DNA of 61,102 nt from Candidatus Yanofskybacteria bacterium RIFCSPHIGHO2_01_FULL_43_32 (GCA_001794125.1 MGJF01000004.1:1-61102); one strand, 5' to 3'. Counted from the first letter of the stretch, positions 8,130 through 18,293 are shown. The notes: generated by a model not told the origin, from the sequence alone. Program-made: numbers and translations.

Positions 8130-11100
8130 ATGGACTTATCAAGCATAAAATTAAAGATTGCTTCTCCAGACGATATAATGTCATGGTCATATGGAGAGGT
8201 GACAAAACCGGAAACCATCAACTACCGGACCCAGAAACCGGAGAGAGACGGTTTGTTTTCCGAGTCAATTTTCGGCCCCACGAAAGACTGGGAATGTTAT
8301 TGCGGCAAATATAAGAGAATCCGGTATAAAGGAATCATCTGCGACAGATGCGGAGTTGAAGTAACGCGCTCAATCGTCAGAAGAGAAAGAATGGGCCACA
8401 TTAAACTTGCCGCCCCCGTTGCTCACATCTGGTTCTTAAGAGGCGTGCCTTCCAAAGTTGCCACTGTTTTAGGGGTTTCCTTGCCTGAACTGGAAAGAGT
8501 GATTTATTTCGCGAGCTATATCATTACAAGCGTGAATGAAGACCTGAAAGCCGAAGCGATGAAGAGGATTGAGTCGGAATTCAAATCCAAACTAAAGAAC
8601 TCCAAGAATGCCGGCGAAGAGGAATCACTGAAAGAATTAAAAGACCGCGAGAAGAATAATTTAAAAAATATGCTGAAGTATCAGATAATTTCCGAACTTG
8701 ATTTCAGGGACCTTTCTTCCAAGTACGGCGAAGTGTTTGAGGCCTCGATCGGAGCGGAAGCGGTCAGAAAACTTTTGGAAGAGCTGGACATGGAAGAAAT
8801 GCTTTCCGAATTGGAAGGAGAAGCCAAGAACGAATCAAATCCTTTGGAAATAAGAAAAATATCAAGGCGGCTCAAGTACCTGAAAGGAATGATAAAGGCT
8901 GGAATTCGTCCGGAGTGGGCGATAATCACCATTCTCCCGGTCATTCCGCCGGCATTAAGACCGATGGTTCCTTTGGACGGAGGCCGTTACGCCACTTCAG
9001 ATTTAAATGACTTATACAGGAGAGTAATAAACAGAAACAACCGTTTAAAGCATTTGCTTGAATTAAAAGCGCCTGAAGTCATCACCAAAAACGAAAAAAG
9101 AATGCTTCAGGAAGCCGTTGACGCCTTGATAGACAACTCAATGAGAAGGGGACAGATAACCACTGCCGCTTCAACCGGCCAGAAGAGGGCCTTAAAATCT
9201 TTGGCTGACATGCTCAAAGGAAAACAGGGCCGGTTCAGGCAGAATCTGCTGGGCAAAAGGGTGGATTATTCGGGAAGGAGCGTTATCGTTATCGGTCCGG
9301 AATTAAACTTAGCCGAATGCGGATTGCCCAAACAAATGGCTTTGGAGCTGTTCAAGCCGTTTGTTGTCGGAATTTTAATAAGAAAAGAACTTGCCCATAA
9401 TATTAAATCAGCGGGCCGGTTGATAGAACAGGAGACCGCGGATGTGTGGGCCGCTTTGGAAGAAGCGATGAAAAACAAATTAGTTTTGTTGAACCGCGCT
9501 CCGACCCTGCACCGTTTATCCGTGCAGGCGTTTGAGCCGATTCTTATAGAGGGTAAAGCCATTAAAATCCCGGCCTTGCCTACGCACGCTTTCAACGCCG
9601 ATTTCGACGGAGACCAGATGGCCGTTCATTTGCCGCTGACGATTGAAGCCCAGAGAGAAGCTAAGGAATTAATGCTTGCCAGCCACGGAGTTTTGAAACC
9701 GGCCACGGGAGAGCCTGTCGCTTCGCCAAGCCACGACGTGTCTTTCGGTGTTTACTATTTGACCAGCATGTCAAACGGCGCAAGAGGAGAAGGCAAGACA
9801 TTTTCCTCGCGGTATGAAGCGCTCTTGTCTTTTGAGAACGACCTTACCGATTTAAGAGCTAAAATAAAAGTTCCGAACCCTGACCATCAAATCGACGATA
9901 GTCAGCCGAAAATGATAGAGACGACTCCGGGCCGCATGATATTCAACAAGGCCTTGCCGAAAGGACATGTGTTCGTGAACAGAACTTTGACCAAACCGGA
10001 CCTGAAAGTTATCGGTTCCGACATCTGGGACGAATTTGGAAAAGAAGCTACTGTTGTTTTTCTGGATAAAGTAAAAGACCTCGGATTTCATTATGCCACA
10101 ATATCAGGCATTTCATGGGGCATGAATGATTTGAGAATTCCGGTTGAAAAGCCCGGTATCATTAAAGAGGCCGACCAAAAAATAGAAGAAAATAAAGCAT
10201 TATACGAAGACGGTCTGCTTACCGAATATGAGAGGCGTTCAAAAGCAATCGAAATATGGAATACCACCAAATCAAAACTCTCCGTTCTCGTTAAGAAACA
10301 GCTTAACCCCGATGATTCCGCTTTTATGCTCGTTGATTCCAAATCCAGAGGAACCTGGGGAACATTGGACCAGATGATGGGAATGAGAGGTATTTTCGCC
10401 AATCCGGCGGGGGAACTTATTGAATTGCCGGTGAGAAATTCTCTTAAAGAGGGCTTAACTTCGCTTGAATATTTCATATCCACTCACGGAGCCAGAAAAG
10501 GATTGGTGGATACCGCTTTGAAAACCGCCACTGCCGGATATTTGACGAGGCGTTTGGTTGATGTGGCGCAGGACATCGTCGTTACCGAAGCAGATTGCAA
10601 AGATAAAGAAGGATTTGTAATGCATGCCGAGGACGGCAAGGTAAGCGGTGAGACCTTGGGCAGAAGAGTGAAGGGTCGGGCTGTGCTGGAAGATATAATC
10701 GGACTCGACGGTGAGGTTATTGTTAAGAAAAATAAAATAGTAGATAAAGAATCAGCCAAGAAAATTGAAACTTTAGGATTAAAGACCATCAAGGTCCGCT
10801 CGGCCATAAAGTGCAAGGCCTATACCGGTATTTGCCAATTATGCTACGGATACGACCTTTCCAAGAACGAACTGGTTGATATAGGCGAAGCGGTCGGTAT
10901 TGTTACCGCCCAGGCAATCGGAGAACCGGGAACCCAGCTGACGATGAGAACCTTCCATACCGGAGGCGTTGCCGGCGGAGCCGATATCACCATGGGTTTG
11001 CCCCGGGTTGAAGAAATTTTTGAAGCCCGTCCGCCGACATTCAAAGCGCTGGTCGCTGATGTCGACGGTAAGGTTTTGGCGGTGGAAGACAGAGGCAAAC

Positions 11101-11717
11101 AGAAAGTCTTAGCCGTTGAAGTCGCCCCTTCGGCAGGCTCAGGGCAAGCGGGGGAGAAGAGAGAATACCTCGTGTCTCCTAATATTACTGTTACCGTGGC
11201 GGCCGGCGATTTAGTTACTGTCGGCCAGCAATTGAGCGAAGGCCATGTTGACCTCAAAGAATTATTTAAAACTACCGACAGTATTGATTTAGTTGCAAGA
11301 TATATCATCAAGGAAGTACAGGCAATTTATTCGCCGACCGGAGACAGTATTAACGACAAGCACGTTGAGCTGATAGTCAGACAGATGTTCTCAAGAGTGA
11401 AAGTCCTTGATTCCGGAGACACTGATCTCTTGGCTGGCGATACCGTTGAAAAGAGGACCGCCTGGATTGAGAATGAAAAAGCTAAAGACAACAAAAAGAT
11501 AGAAGCGACATTTGAACAATTATTGCTTGGTATCACCAAAGTATCTTTGACCACCGACAGTTTCCTCTCGGCCGCTTCCTTCCAGGAAACAGCCAGAGTC
11601 CTTATCGATAGCGCAATCCTCGGCAAAGAAGATTACTTAAGAGGTTTGAAAGAGAATGTTATTATTGGACGGTTGATACCGGCGGGGACGGGGTTCGGCA
11701 ACGAAATGGAGGAATAA
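8130..11717 (+). CDS. rpoC: DNA-directed RNA polymerase subunit beta'
   Basis: NADFDGDQM catalytic motif, N-terminal Zn finger, GEPGTQLTMRTFH. Confidence 0.99.
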   Translation: MDLSSIKLKIASPDDIMSWSYGEVTKPETINYRTQKPERDGLFSESIFGPTKDWECYCGKYKRIRYKGIICDRCGVEVTRSIVRRERMGHIKLAAPVAHIWFLRGVPSKVATVLGVSLPELERVIYFASYIITSVNEDLKAEAMKRIESEFKSKLKNSKNAGEEESLKELKDREKNNLKNMLKYQIISELDFRDLSSKYGEVFEASIGAEAVRKLLEELDMEEMLSELEGEAKNESNPLEIRKISRRLKYLKGMIKAGIRPEWAIITILPVIPPALRPMVPLDGGRYATSDLNDLYRRVINRNNRLKHLLELKAPEVITKNEKRMLQEAVDALIDNSMRRGQITTAASTGQKRALKSLADMLKGKQGRFRQNLLGKRVDYSGRSVIVIGPELNLAECGLPKQMALELFKPFVVGILIRKELAHNIKSAGRLIEQETADVWAALEEAMKNKLVLLNRAPTLHRLSVQAFEPILIEGKAIKIPALPTHAFNADFDGDQMAVHLPLTIEAQREAKELMLASHGVLKPATGEPVASPSHDVSFGVYYLTSMSNGARGEGKTFSSRYEALLSFENDLTDLRAKIKVPNPDHQIDDSQPKMIETTPGRMIFNKALPKGHVFVNRTLTKPDLKVIGSDIWDEFGKEATVVFLDKVKDLGFHYATISGISWGMNDLRIPVEKPGIIKEADQKIEENKALYEDGLLTEYERRSKAIEIWNTTKSKLSVLVKKQLNPDDSAFMLVDSKSRGTWGTLDQMMGMRGIFANPAGELIELPVRNSLKEGLTSLEYFISTHGARKGLVDTALKTATAGYLTRRLVDVAQDIVVTEADCKDKEGFVMHAEDGKVSGETLGRRVKGRAVLEDIIGLDGEVIVKKNKIVDKESAKKIETLGLKTIKVRSAIKCKAYTGICQLCYGYDLSKNELVDIGEAVGIVTAQAIGEPGTQLTMRTFHTGGVAGGADITMGLPRVEEIFEARPPTFKALVADVDGKVLAVEDRGKQKVLAVEVAPSAGSGQAGEKREYLVSPNITVTVAAGDLVTVGQQLSEGHVDLKELFKTTDSIDLVARYIIKEVQAIYSPTGDSINDKHVELIVRQMFSRVKVLDSGDTDLLAGDTVEKRTAWIENEKAKDNKKIEATFEQLLLGITKVSLTTDSFLSAASFQETARVLIDSAILGKEDYLRGLKENVIIGRLIPAGTGFGNEMEE
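11126..11145 (+). repeat. in-frame CCTTCG..GGCTCAGG-family palindromic element in rpoC (encodes PSAGSG)
   Basis: matches copies in ssb, groEL and at 54658. Confidence 0.7.
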
Positions 11718-11720
11718 TCC

Positions 11721-11849
11721 GAATAGCTCACACAACCTCTATACGTACGGAGGGAGACACCTTTTTAAAAATTTACTAATTTTGTAAAAAGTGTCTCCCT
11801 CCGCCGGTTGTTTACTTGATAGTTGGCAATTGGCAAGCGAGTTCAAACT
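11721..11849 (+). repeat. long-hairpin element E, copy 2
   Basis: cggagggagacac...gtgtctccctccg stem; immediately after rpoC stop. Confidence 0.85.
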
Positions 11850-11858
11850 AAATATACC

Positions 11859-11886
11859 TCAACGGCTCACACATGTGAGCCGTTGA
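11859..11886. repeat. 28-bp palindrome P28 (TCAACGGCTCA-cacatg-TGAGCCGTTGA)
   Basis: perfect 11-bp arms, 6-bp spacer. Confidence 0.9.
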
Positions 11887-11920
11887 TTTTAGGGTAAGAA
11901 AGTGGGAAGATTGGGAGATT

Positions 11921-12502
11921 ATGGGCGACATGAAGAAGTTAACTGAAGAGATTAGGGTGCATGTTTTTATTGATGCTTCAAACTTATGGCAAGCACAAAA
12001 AGCCAAAGGAAGCATGTTTGATTATGAAAAATTAAAGGCTTTTTTAAAAAATAAATTTACCGCTTCTGAGTTAAAAGTTTTCTATTACACAGCGTATCCA
12101 GCCGAAGGTACTAGGGACTATAGTCTTGATGGAAAACATAAGTTTTTTACCTATCTTAAAAAGGGACTCGGGTTTGATGTCAAAAAGAAAGAGCTAAAAA
12201 GGATAACGACACATAGTGATGCTGGTGATTCGATTCAAGAAAAAGGAAATATGGATGTTGAAATGACAATTGATGTAATACACAATGCTTCTAAATATGA
12301 CATTGCCGTCTTGTTCTCGGGTGATTCTGATTTTTTGGCATTAGTGACCTATTTGAAGAATATTGGTAAAAAGGTTTATATTTTTTCTTCAAAGAACAAC
12401 GTTTCCCAAGAATTAAGAACTGGAGGAGACGGTTATTTTGACGTGTTAAATTTGGAGGAAGATATTTGGCGCAGAGAACTCAAACATCGAGGTAGTAAGT
12501 GA
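11921..12502 (+). CDS. NYN domain (LabA/DUF88, PIN-like) ribonuclease
   Basis: VFIDASN, KGNMDVEMTID, LFSGDSDFLAL acidic motifs. Confidence 0.9.
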   Translation: MGDMKKLTEEIRVHVFIDASNLWQAQKAKGSMFDYEKLKAFLKNKFTASELKVFYYTAYPAEGTRDYSLDGKHKFFTYLKKGLGFDVKKKELKRITTHSDAGDSIQEKGNMDVEMTIDVIHNASKYDIAVLFSGDSDFLALVTYLKNIGKKVYIFSSKNNVSQELRTGGDGYFDVLNLEEDIWRRELKHRGSK

Positions 12503-12577
12503 TAAAAAAGCAACCCTCCTTGCGGAGGGTTGCCCTTAGATGTAATACCCTTTTGGTTCATGGTAGAACCAGAAGAT
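12503..12577 (-). ncRNA. candidate small RNA convergent on NYN gene
   Basis: minus-strand TTGACT(12608-12613)-N18-TATACT(12584-12589) promoter, 10-bp hairpin, then GCAACCCTCC-GCAA-GGAGGGTTGC plus T-run. Confidence 0.55.
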
Positions 12578-12627
12578 GTATAGAGTATAGCATGCCAGCC
12601 GGCCGGCAGTCAATGGTTGTCAACAGA

Positions 12628-12653
12628 TAGCGGCTCATGTAGTGAGCTGTTGA
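12628..12653. repeat. degenerate P28 copy
   Basis: tagcggctcatgtagtgagctgttga followed by ttttaggg, as in other copies. Confidence 0.65.
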
Positions 12654-12685
12654 TTTTAGGGGGAGAAAGTGGGATGATTTAAGAT

Positions 12686-13219
12686 GTGAATGAAGAAAAA
12701 ATTGAGTTACAAAAAAGAGAGTTAGCAGATATCAAGACGTATTTTCTTGACATGGCTAAGTATTCTGATAAAAGACAACATGAGGTTGACGACCACTTCA
12801 CATTTAGTCAATTGACAGTTGCCTCAATCATTTTTGCCCTGTCTCTAAATATTTTAAAAATAGTTGCGGAAAGTTTTATTTGGGTAAGAATATTTTACAT
12901 AGGCGGTCTCGTTTTGTTGTTATTATCGTTGATGTTTGGGGTTATTCATTTTAACATGAAAAATAAGTTTTGGAAGAGTAATGGTTTAAAATTTAGTGAA
13001 GTTTTTAATTTATGGAAGAGCGCGGAAAACAGGTCTTTACTAAGCAAAGACGAGGAATTTATTACCAGCATAAAGATTCAGACAAAATTAGGTGAGAATG
13101 CGATCTTGGGCAAAAAAGATAGCATATCACAAGATGGACGGGCTTCAGATTGGCAATCCATGACCTTAATTTTTGGTGCACTACTCGAAACTATTTCTTT
13201 GATTATTACTATTTTTTAG
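12686..13219 (+). CDS. hypothetical membrane protein (about 3 TM)
   Basis: GTG start; two adjacent hydrophobic helices plus a C-terminal helix; AT-rich island. Confidence 0.75.
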   Translation: MNEEKIELQKRELADIKTYFLDMAKYSDKRQHEVDDHFTFSQLTVASIIFALSLNILKIVAESFIWVRIFYIGGLVLLLLSLMFGVIHFNMKNKFWKSNGLKFSEVFNLWKSAENRSLLSKDEEFITSIKIQTKLGENAILGKKDSISQDGRASDWQSMTLIFGALLETISLIITIF

Positions 13220-13246
13220 CCTCACTCTCTTGGATTATGACAAACC

Positions 13247-13274
13247 TCAACGGCTCACACATGTGAGCCGTTGA
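13247..13274. repeat. P28 copy (spacer cacatg)
   Basis: identical to 11859-11886. Confidence 0.9.
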
Positions 13275-13331
13275 AATTTTAGGGAAAAGTTGTGCCTTGG
13301 CTAGGAGAGGCTTGGGTAGTAGAATTTAATC

Positions 13332-14345
13332 ATGGAAGATAGTTTAAACAATCATCCCACATATGTGGATCTTTTTAGTGGGGCAGGAGGGTTTAGTTTG
13401 GGATTTGATAATAATGGTTTTATAAATATTTTTTCTGTTGATATGGAGCCTAGTTTTTGTGAGACTTATAGCAAAAATTTTCCAGGGCACAGGTTAATCC
13501 AAAAAGATATAACAAACCTTACTAAGCAAGAAGTTTTAAGCCTTATTAAAGGTAAAAGAATAGATGTGGTTATTGGGGGTCCACCGTGTCAGGGTTTTAG
13601 TATGGCTGGCAATATTGGAAGAAAATTTGTAGACGATTCTAGAAATAGTTTATTAATGGAATTTGCAAGAATGGTAGAAATAATTAAGCCCAGTTATTTT
13701 ATCATGGAAAATGTTGCACGCCTATATAACCACAACAAGGGGAACACCAGAGAAGAGATAGTTAAAAAATTTATTAAATCAGGCTACAAAGTTGACTGTA
13801 GAATTTTAAATTCGGCAGATTATGGAGTTCCACAAATAAGAAAAAGAATTATTTTTGTTGGATCAAGGGTTGGAGGAAAAATATTATTTCCTGAGAGGGA
13901 GGTTGAAAGATATATAACAACGGAGGAGGCCTTAAGAGAATTTACTTCAAAAGATCTCAACAAAGATTCTAACATTTACAACCATGAGACAATGAAACAC
14001 TCAGGTCAAATGTTAAAAAAAATGAGCTATGTATCAGATGGAGGAAACAGGTTCGAGATACCTAGTCACATAAGACCAAAATCAGGCGATGTGAGAAAAT
14101 ACATAAGATATAACAGCAATAAACCATCAATTTGCGTTACTGGTGACATGAGAAAAGTTTTTCACTATTCGGAAAATAGGGCTCTAACTGTTAGGGAGTT
14201 AGCAAAACTTCAGTCATTTCCAAACGATTTTATTTTTGTAGGTTCTCGTATTTCTCAGCAGCAACAAGTTGGTAATGCCGTGCCGCCCTTGATGGCTTCA
14301 GCTATTGCTAGAGTGGTAAAAAAAATGATTAAAAATGATAAATAA
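13332..14345 (+). CDS. DNA (cytosine-5) methyltransferase
   Basis: motifs FSGAGG, GGPPCQGFS, ENV, QIRKR, GNAVPP. Confidence 0.95.
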   Translation: MEDSLNNHPTYVDLFSGAGGFSLGFDNNGFINIFSVDMEPSFCETYSKNFPGHRLIQKDITNLTKQEVLSLIKGKRIDVVIGGPPCQGFSMAGNIGRKFVDDSRNSLLMEFARMVEIIKPSYFIMENVARLYNHNKGNTREEIVKKFIKSGYKVDCRILNSADYGVPQIRKRIIFVGSRVGGKILFPEREVERYITTEEALREFTSKDLNKDSNIYNHETMKHSGQMLKKMSYVSDGGNRFEIPSHIRPKSGDVRKYIRYNSNKPSICVTGDMRKVFHYSENRALTVRELAKLQSFPNDFIFVGSRISQQQQVGNAVPPLMASAIARVVKKMIKNDK

Positions 14346-15348
14346 AGAATTACCCAAGATAAACTTCATAGGAAACAAAGAAAATATTTCCGGATGGATA
14401 TCCAGTTTTTTCCCTGCCGGTATTAAATCCGTGTTTGATGCTTTTTCTGGTGGTGGCTCAATTGGTTATCAAGCAAAAAAAATGGGATTTAGTGTTGTGA
14501 GCAACGATATATTGAGGGTCAATTACTTATTAGCGAAATCACTTATTGAAAACAATAGCGAGATTTTAAATGATTCAGACATAGAGGTTGTATTTAGAGG
14601 GAAACCTTTTCGTGGCTTTATGTTTGAAAATTACTCGAATGTATTCTTTTTTCCAGAAGAATGTATGGAGCTTGATTTATATAGAAAGAATATAGAAGAT
14701 TTATCGAATGAATTTAAAAAGGCCATTGCCATTTCCCTGATTAGGAGGGCGATGGTCAGAAAAATGCCATACTCTAGGTTTAATATAAAATGGGATAAGA
14801 TTAAACAACTAAGAGATGAAGAATATAGCTATAATAAGTATGGTAGACGAAGAGCATATCACAATATTTCTTTTAAGGATCATTTTTTAGAAAATGTTAA
14901 GGATTATAACAATGCAATATTTGATAACAATAAAAAAAATATCGCACTTAATGACGATACTTTTGACTTACTCGGAACAGTTAAGGCAGATTTAATTTAT
15001 CTTGACCCACCATATACGGGAACAATGAACAATTATTTCAGTTTTTATGGGCCACTTGATGAATACATAAGCTCAAAAAAACTAACGCCTTTTAAAAACA
15101 ATTTTATAGACAAACAAACTTCTGTGGCACTATTTGATAATTTATTTTCCAAACTATCAAGCTATAAGTATTGGTTTTTAAGTTATAACAACAGTTCATA
15201 TCCGTCCAAGGAAACCCTAATGGACTTATTAAGTAAGTATTGCAATAATGTTAAGGTTGTTGAAAGAGGACATGAATATAAAATCACAGGCAAAGATAAT
15301 AAACAAAAAAATAAGGAGTATTTATTTATAGCTACCAATATTAAATAA
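14335..15348 (+). CDS. DNA N6-adenine methyltransferase (Dam/FokI-like alpha group)
   Basis: DAFSGGGS motif I and YLDPPY motif IV. Confidence 0.93.
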   Translation: MINKELPKINFIGNKENISGWISSFFPAGIKSVFDAFSGGGSIGYQAKKMGFSVVSNDILRVNYLLAKSLIENNSEILNDSDIEVVFRGKPFRGFMFENYSNVFFFPEECMELDLYRKNIEDLSNEFKKAIAISLIRRAMVRKMPYSRFNIKWDKIKQLRDEEYSYNKYGRRRAYHNISFKDHFLENVKDYNNAIFDNNKKNIALNDDTFDLLGTVKADLIYLDPPYTGTMNNYFSFYGPLDEYISSKKLTPFKNNFIDKQTSVALFDNLFSKLSSYKYWFLSYNNSSYPSKETLMDLLSKYCNNVKVVERGHEYKITGKDNKQKNKEYLFIATNIK

Positions 15349-15357
15349 TAAAACAAT

Positions 15358-16425
15358 ATGACGAGTCAAAATTACGAAGATTATTGGAAGTTAACATTAG
15401 AGTATAGTGATATTAATAGTGACAAATTTTTAGGAACTTTGAGTATAATAGTGAATTTCATAGACAAGAATAGCTCAGAAGAATACTCAAAAGAAAAATA
15501 CGACAGACTACAACAAGAGGTTTTTGACACCTTTCCAAAAGAAGATATGGGCTCTGTTCGTAAAAGTATAAATCAGTTTATTAAACTGGGTTTCATCAAT
15601 TTTGAATTACGGTCGTATCATCCCAACACTAAAGACTTTATTAATGCAAAGACAAAAAGAAAAAGGCAGTCTATTTTTTCAAGGATAGTTTACACAAATT
15701 CAAGTTTTAGTCGTTCTGTTACCAACGATTCGAATGGTCGTGAAATAAATTTTTTGATAAAAACATTAGAAGAAAACGGTAAGTTGCATAAGAGAGACAT
15801 CATATCTCTAATGACAGTAGATGTTTCAGAAATAGCGAGCGGTTATTTAAATAGTCAAGAATTAAGCGACAGAAGGGTATACGCCGAAGAAATCGATTTT
15901 ATAGAAAGAAAATATAATCAAGTTTCTTATTTGTGGGGTGTTTTGGGTAAACTGGATGACCTGATTATAATCGATGATTATTTATATTTTCAAGAAGATG
16001 CCCAAGTAATTCTTGACTCTGAAATTAAGAAGGACAAATTGAGAGACCCATATTTACACAGAATATACAAAAATCAATTAAAAGAAGAAAGCACTGAAAT
16101 TTTAGGTGGTATCAAGTGTATGGTAGAAAAATTAGTCTACCCGACGCTTGTTGCAAGTCACATAAAACCATTTGTCAAATCCTCTGAAGAAGAATCATAC
16201 GATCCGGAAAATGGCTTGTTGTTAAGCCAAAACATGGACGGGCTGTTTGATAAGGGTTACATATCATTTAATGATGATGGGAGTATTATTTTATCAGATA
16301 AATTAGACCCCGAATTAAGAGATTATCTGAGCAAATACGTTCTCGACGGTGTTTTTGTTGGAGCCAAAAGGAAAGAGTATCTGAATTACCATAGAGAAAT
16401 TTTTGGAGAGAGATTGGGTATTTAG
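15358..16425 (+). CDS. HNH restriction endonuclease
   Basis: C-terminal LVASHIKP...ENGLLL...DGLFDKGYISF HNH_2-type domain, directly after two MTases. Confidence 0.88.
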   Translation: MTSQNYEDYWKLTLEYSDINSDKFLGTLSIIVNFIDKNSSEEYSKEKYDRLQQEVFDTFPKEDMGSVRKSINQFIKLGFINFELRSYHPNTKDFINAKTKRKRQSIFSRIVYTNSSFSRSVTNDSNGREINFLIKTLEENGKLHKRDIISLMTVDVSEIASGYLNSQELSDRRVYAEEIDFIERKYNQVSYLWGVLGKLDDLIIIDDYLYFQEDAQVILDSEIKKDKLRDPYLHRIYKNQLKEESTEILGGIKCMVEKLVYPTLVASHIKPFVKSSEEESYDPENGLLLSQNMDGLFDKGYISFNDDGSIILSDKLDPELRDYLSKYVLDGVFVGAKRKEYLNYHREIFGERLGI

Positions 16426-16451
16426 AAAAAATTTTTGGTGTGATTCAAATT

Positions 16452-16473
16452 CCGCCCACTCGGGCGGTTTTTG
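16452..16473 (+). terminator. intrinsic terminator (repeated at 18294-18315)
   Basis: ccgccc-actc-gggcgg plus T-run. Confidence 0.75.
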
Positions 16474-16556
16474 TTTCGAACCGGATTAATTTTTAGTCAA
16501 GATTGTTGGGGTAAATTTTGTATGATAAAATAAAGCAAAATTTTTAATTACCAAAC

Positions 16557-17075
16557 ATGCTTGATTTTCTTACCGATTTTCTTAAAAACATTAACGATAA
16601 CTATGCCCAGGTATTCCTACTTTTAATAGCAGTCCTCTCCACCTTTTTTGTTTATAATGAATTTGTTTTAAAAATAAGACCTTATGTAATACCAGAAATT
16701 GCCGTTGAGCTGAAGGATGGAAATTGGTATTTCAATATTGTTTTAATAAACAAAGGTGAAAAGCCGGGGATTGCAAGAATTATCAATGCTGTTCTAAAAA
16801 TAGGAGATGAAAAATATCCTACACTTTTTGAACTTAACCTTGTTCTTGCTCCGAATGAGCGTCAGAGAGTTCTTCCCATTGGACACATAAGTAGTATTGG
16901 CAGAACAAAGATACTAGGTCACGAATATGTAGATAACAATGTCCAAATATTTTTAGAAATTGAGTCTAAGGCCATTGGAGATAAAAAATTCAAATATAAA
17001 ACCAAGGAAGAATATCGTGTAGACGTAAGTGGGAGCCAACCCCGCATTACATTAATAAAAGAAGACCTGAATTAA
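16557..17075 (+). CDS. hypothetical protein with N-terminal TM anchor
   Basis: 172-aa ORF, hydrophobic N-terminus, beta-rich remainder. Confidence 0.7.
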   Translation: MLDFLTDFLKNINDNYAQVFLLLIAVLSTFFVYNEFVLKIRPYVIPEIAVELKDGNWYFNIVLINKGEKPGIARIINAVLKIGDEKYPTLFELNLVLAPNERQRVLPIGHISSIGRTKILGHEYVDNNVQIFLEIESKAIGDKKFKYKTKEEYRVDVSGSQPRITLIKEDLN

Positions 17076-17160
17076 AAATCGCTGAAATCTGGGGCGAATA
17101 AAAAATGATAGTCTGGTGCACTTTACTTTGCTTAATAATCTGCTAAACTTCAGATTTATT

Positions 17161-18096
17161 ATGGTCGACACGCCTCAACCCATACAAAAAGAGAATAATT
17201 TACATAAACTGGCAAAAGCAACAGTTGTATTTAGAAACAAGCCCACACTTCTTTTGAATCTTGACCATGTCATGCCCATGTCAGTAATGCTTGTTGCTAA
17301 AGAATTACATGGGAAAAATATTCCAGACCTGGATGTTATTTTACATACTCCGGGAGGCCACATCGAATCTGCCTATAAAATTGTAAAATTATTACGCAAA
17401 CATGCGAAGAAAATAAACGTAATTGTTCCATCATTCGCAAAAAGTGCAGGAACTTTAATTTGTCTTTCAGGGGAAACTCTCATGTTGTCTACGATATCAG
17501 AGCTCGGTCCGTTAGATGTGCAAATCGCCGAGCACCAAGAAGGCGATATAGATACCTACAAGTCAGCCCTTAATGGCTATAAAGCTCTTGAGCAAATTCA
17601 AAATCATGCAGTTGAAAATCTTGATGTTGCAACACAACTTATTTTACAACGAACCGGTAATAGGATGAGATTGCAAGATATTATAAAATTAGCCATTGAT
17701 TTTTCCGGCAATACGAGTGGTTGTCTATATAACCAGATTCATCCTAAAACTATTGCAGAATCGGCTCGCTATTTGGATATTGGCGAACAATACGGAGTGA
17801 GAATCTTAGAGCGTTATATGGGTTGGGATAAGATCAAGGCAACAAAAGTTATACACCATCTTGTCTATGATTATCCATCACATGAGTTTATAATAGATAA
17901 AGAAGAGTTGTCGAAAATGGGATTTGCTGTACAGGATATTCCGAGTGAATTGGAGATACCTCTTGAAACATCGGCGGCACTTTTACAGGGGCAAGATATA
18001 AAATTCTTTGATATAATAAACCCCGGTTCCTCAAAAGTAAAGTTAGAAAATAAAAATACTAAAAAAAATGAAAAAGATTCCAAAAAAGCAAAATAA
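17161..18096 (+). CDS. SDH-family Clp-fold (S49-like) serine protease
   Basis: LHTPGG, IVPSFAKSAGTLI, ELGPLDVQ motifs; start chosen at the ATG at 17161. Confidence 0.85.
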   Translation: MVDTPQPIQKENNLHKLAKATVVFRNKPTLLLNLDHVMPMSVMLVAKELHGKNIPDLDVILHTPGGHIESAYKIVKLLRKHAKKINVIVPSFAKSAGTLICLSGETLMLSTISELGPLDVQIAEHQEGDIDTYKSALNGYKALEQIQNHAVENLDVATQLILQRTGNRMRLQDIIKLAIDFSGNTSGCLYNQIHPKTIAESARYLDIGEQYGVRILERYMGWDKIKATKVIHHLVYDYPSHEFIIDKEELSKMGFAVQDIPSELEIPLETSAALLQGQDIKFFDIINPGSSKVKLENKNTKKNEKDSKKAK

Positions 18097-18268
18097 GAAG
18101 CCAGAGGAAGCACAACAAGGAGTGGTTATCGATGCAGATATGGCCGGATTTATAAAACGTATAATCAGCGATAGCCGCTCCTTGGTAAAAGATATAAATC
18201 GTGCCAAACATGCACTTGGGTCTACTCCTGTTTTTTCTGTCGATAAACAACGCCGCTATATATTATAA
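18068..18268 (+). CDS. small basic protein overlapping protease 3' end
   Basis: 66-aa ORF followed by a terminator. Confidence 0.5.
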   Translation: MKKIPKKQNKKPEEAQQGVVIDADMAGFIKRIISDSRSLVKDINRAKHALGSTPVFSVDKQRRYIL

Positions 18269-18293
18269 AAGATGTGATTAGTTTTGAATTTTT

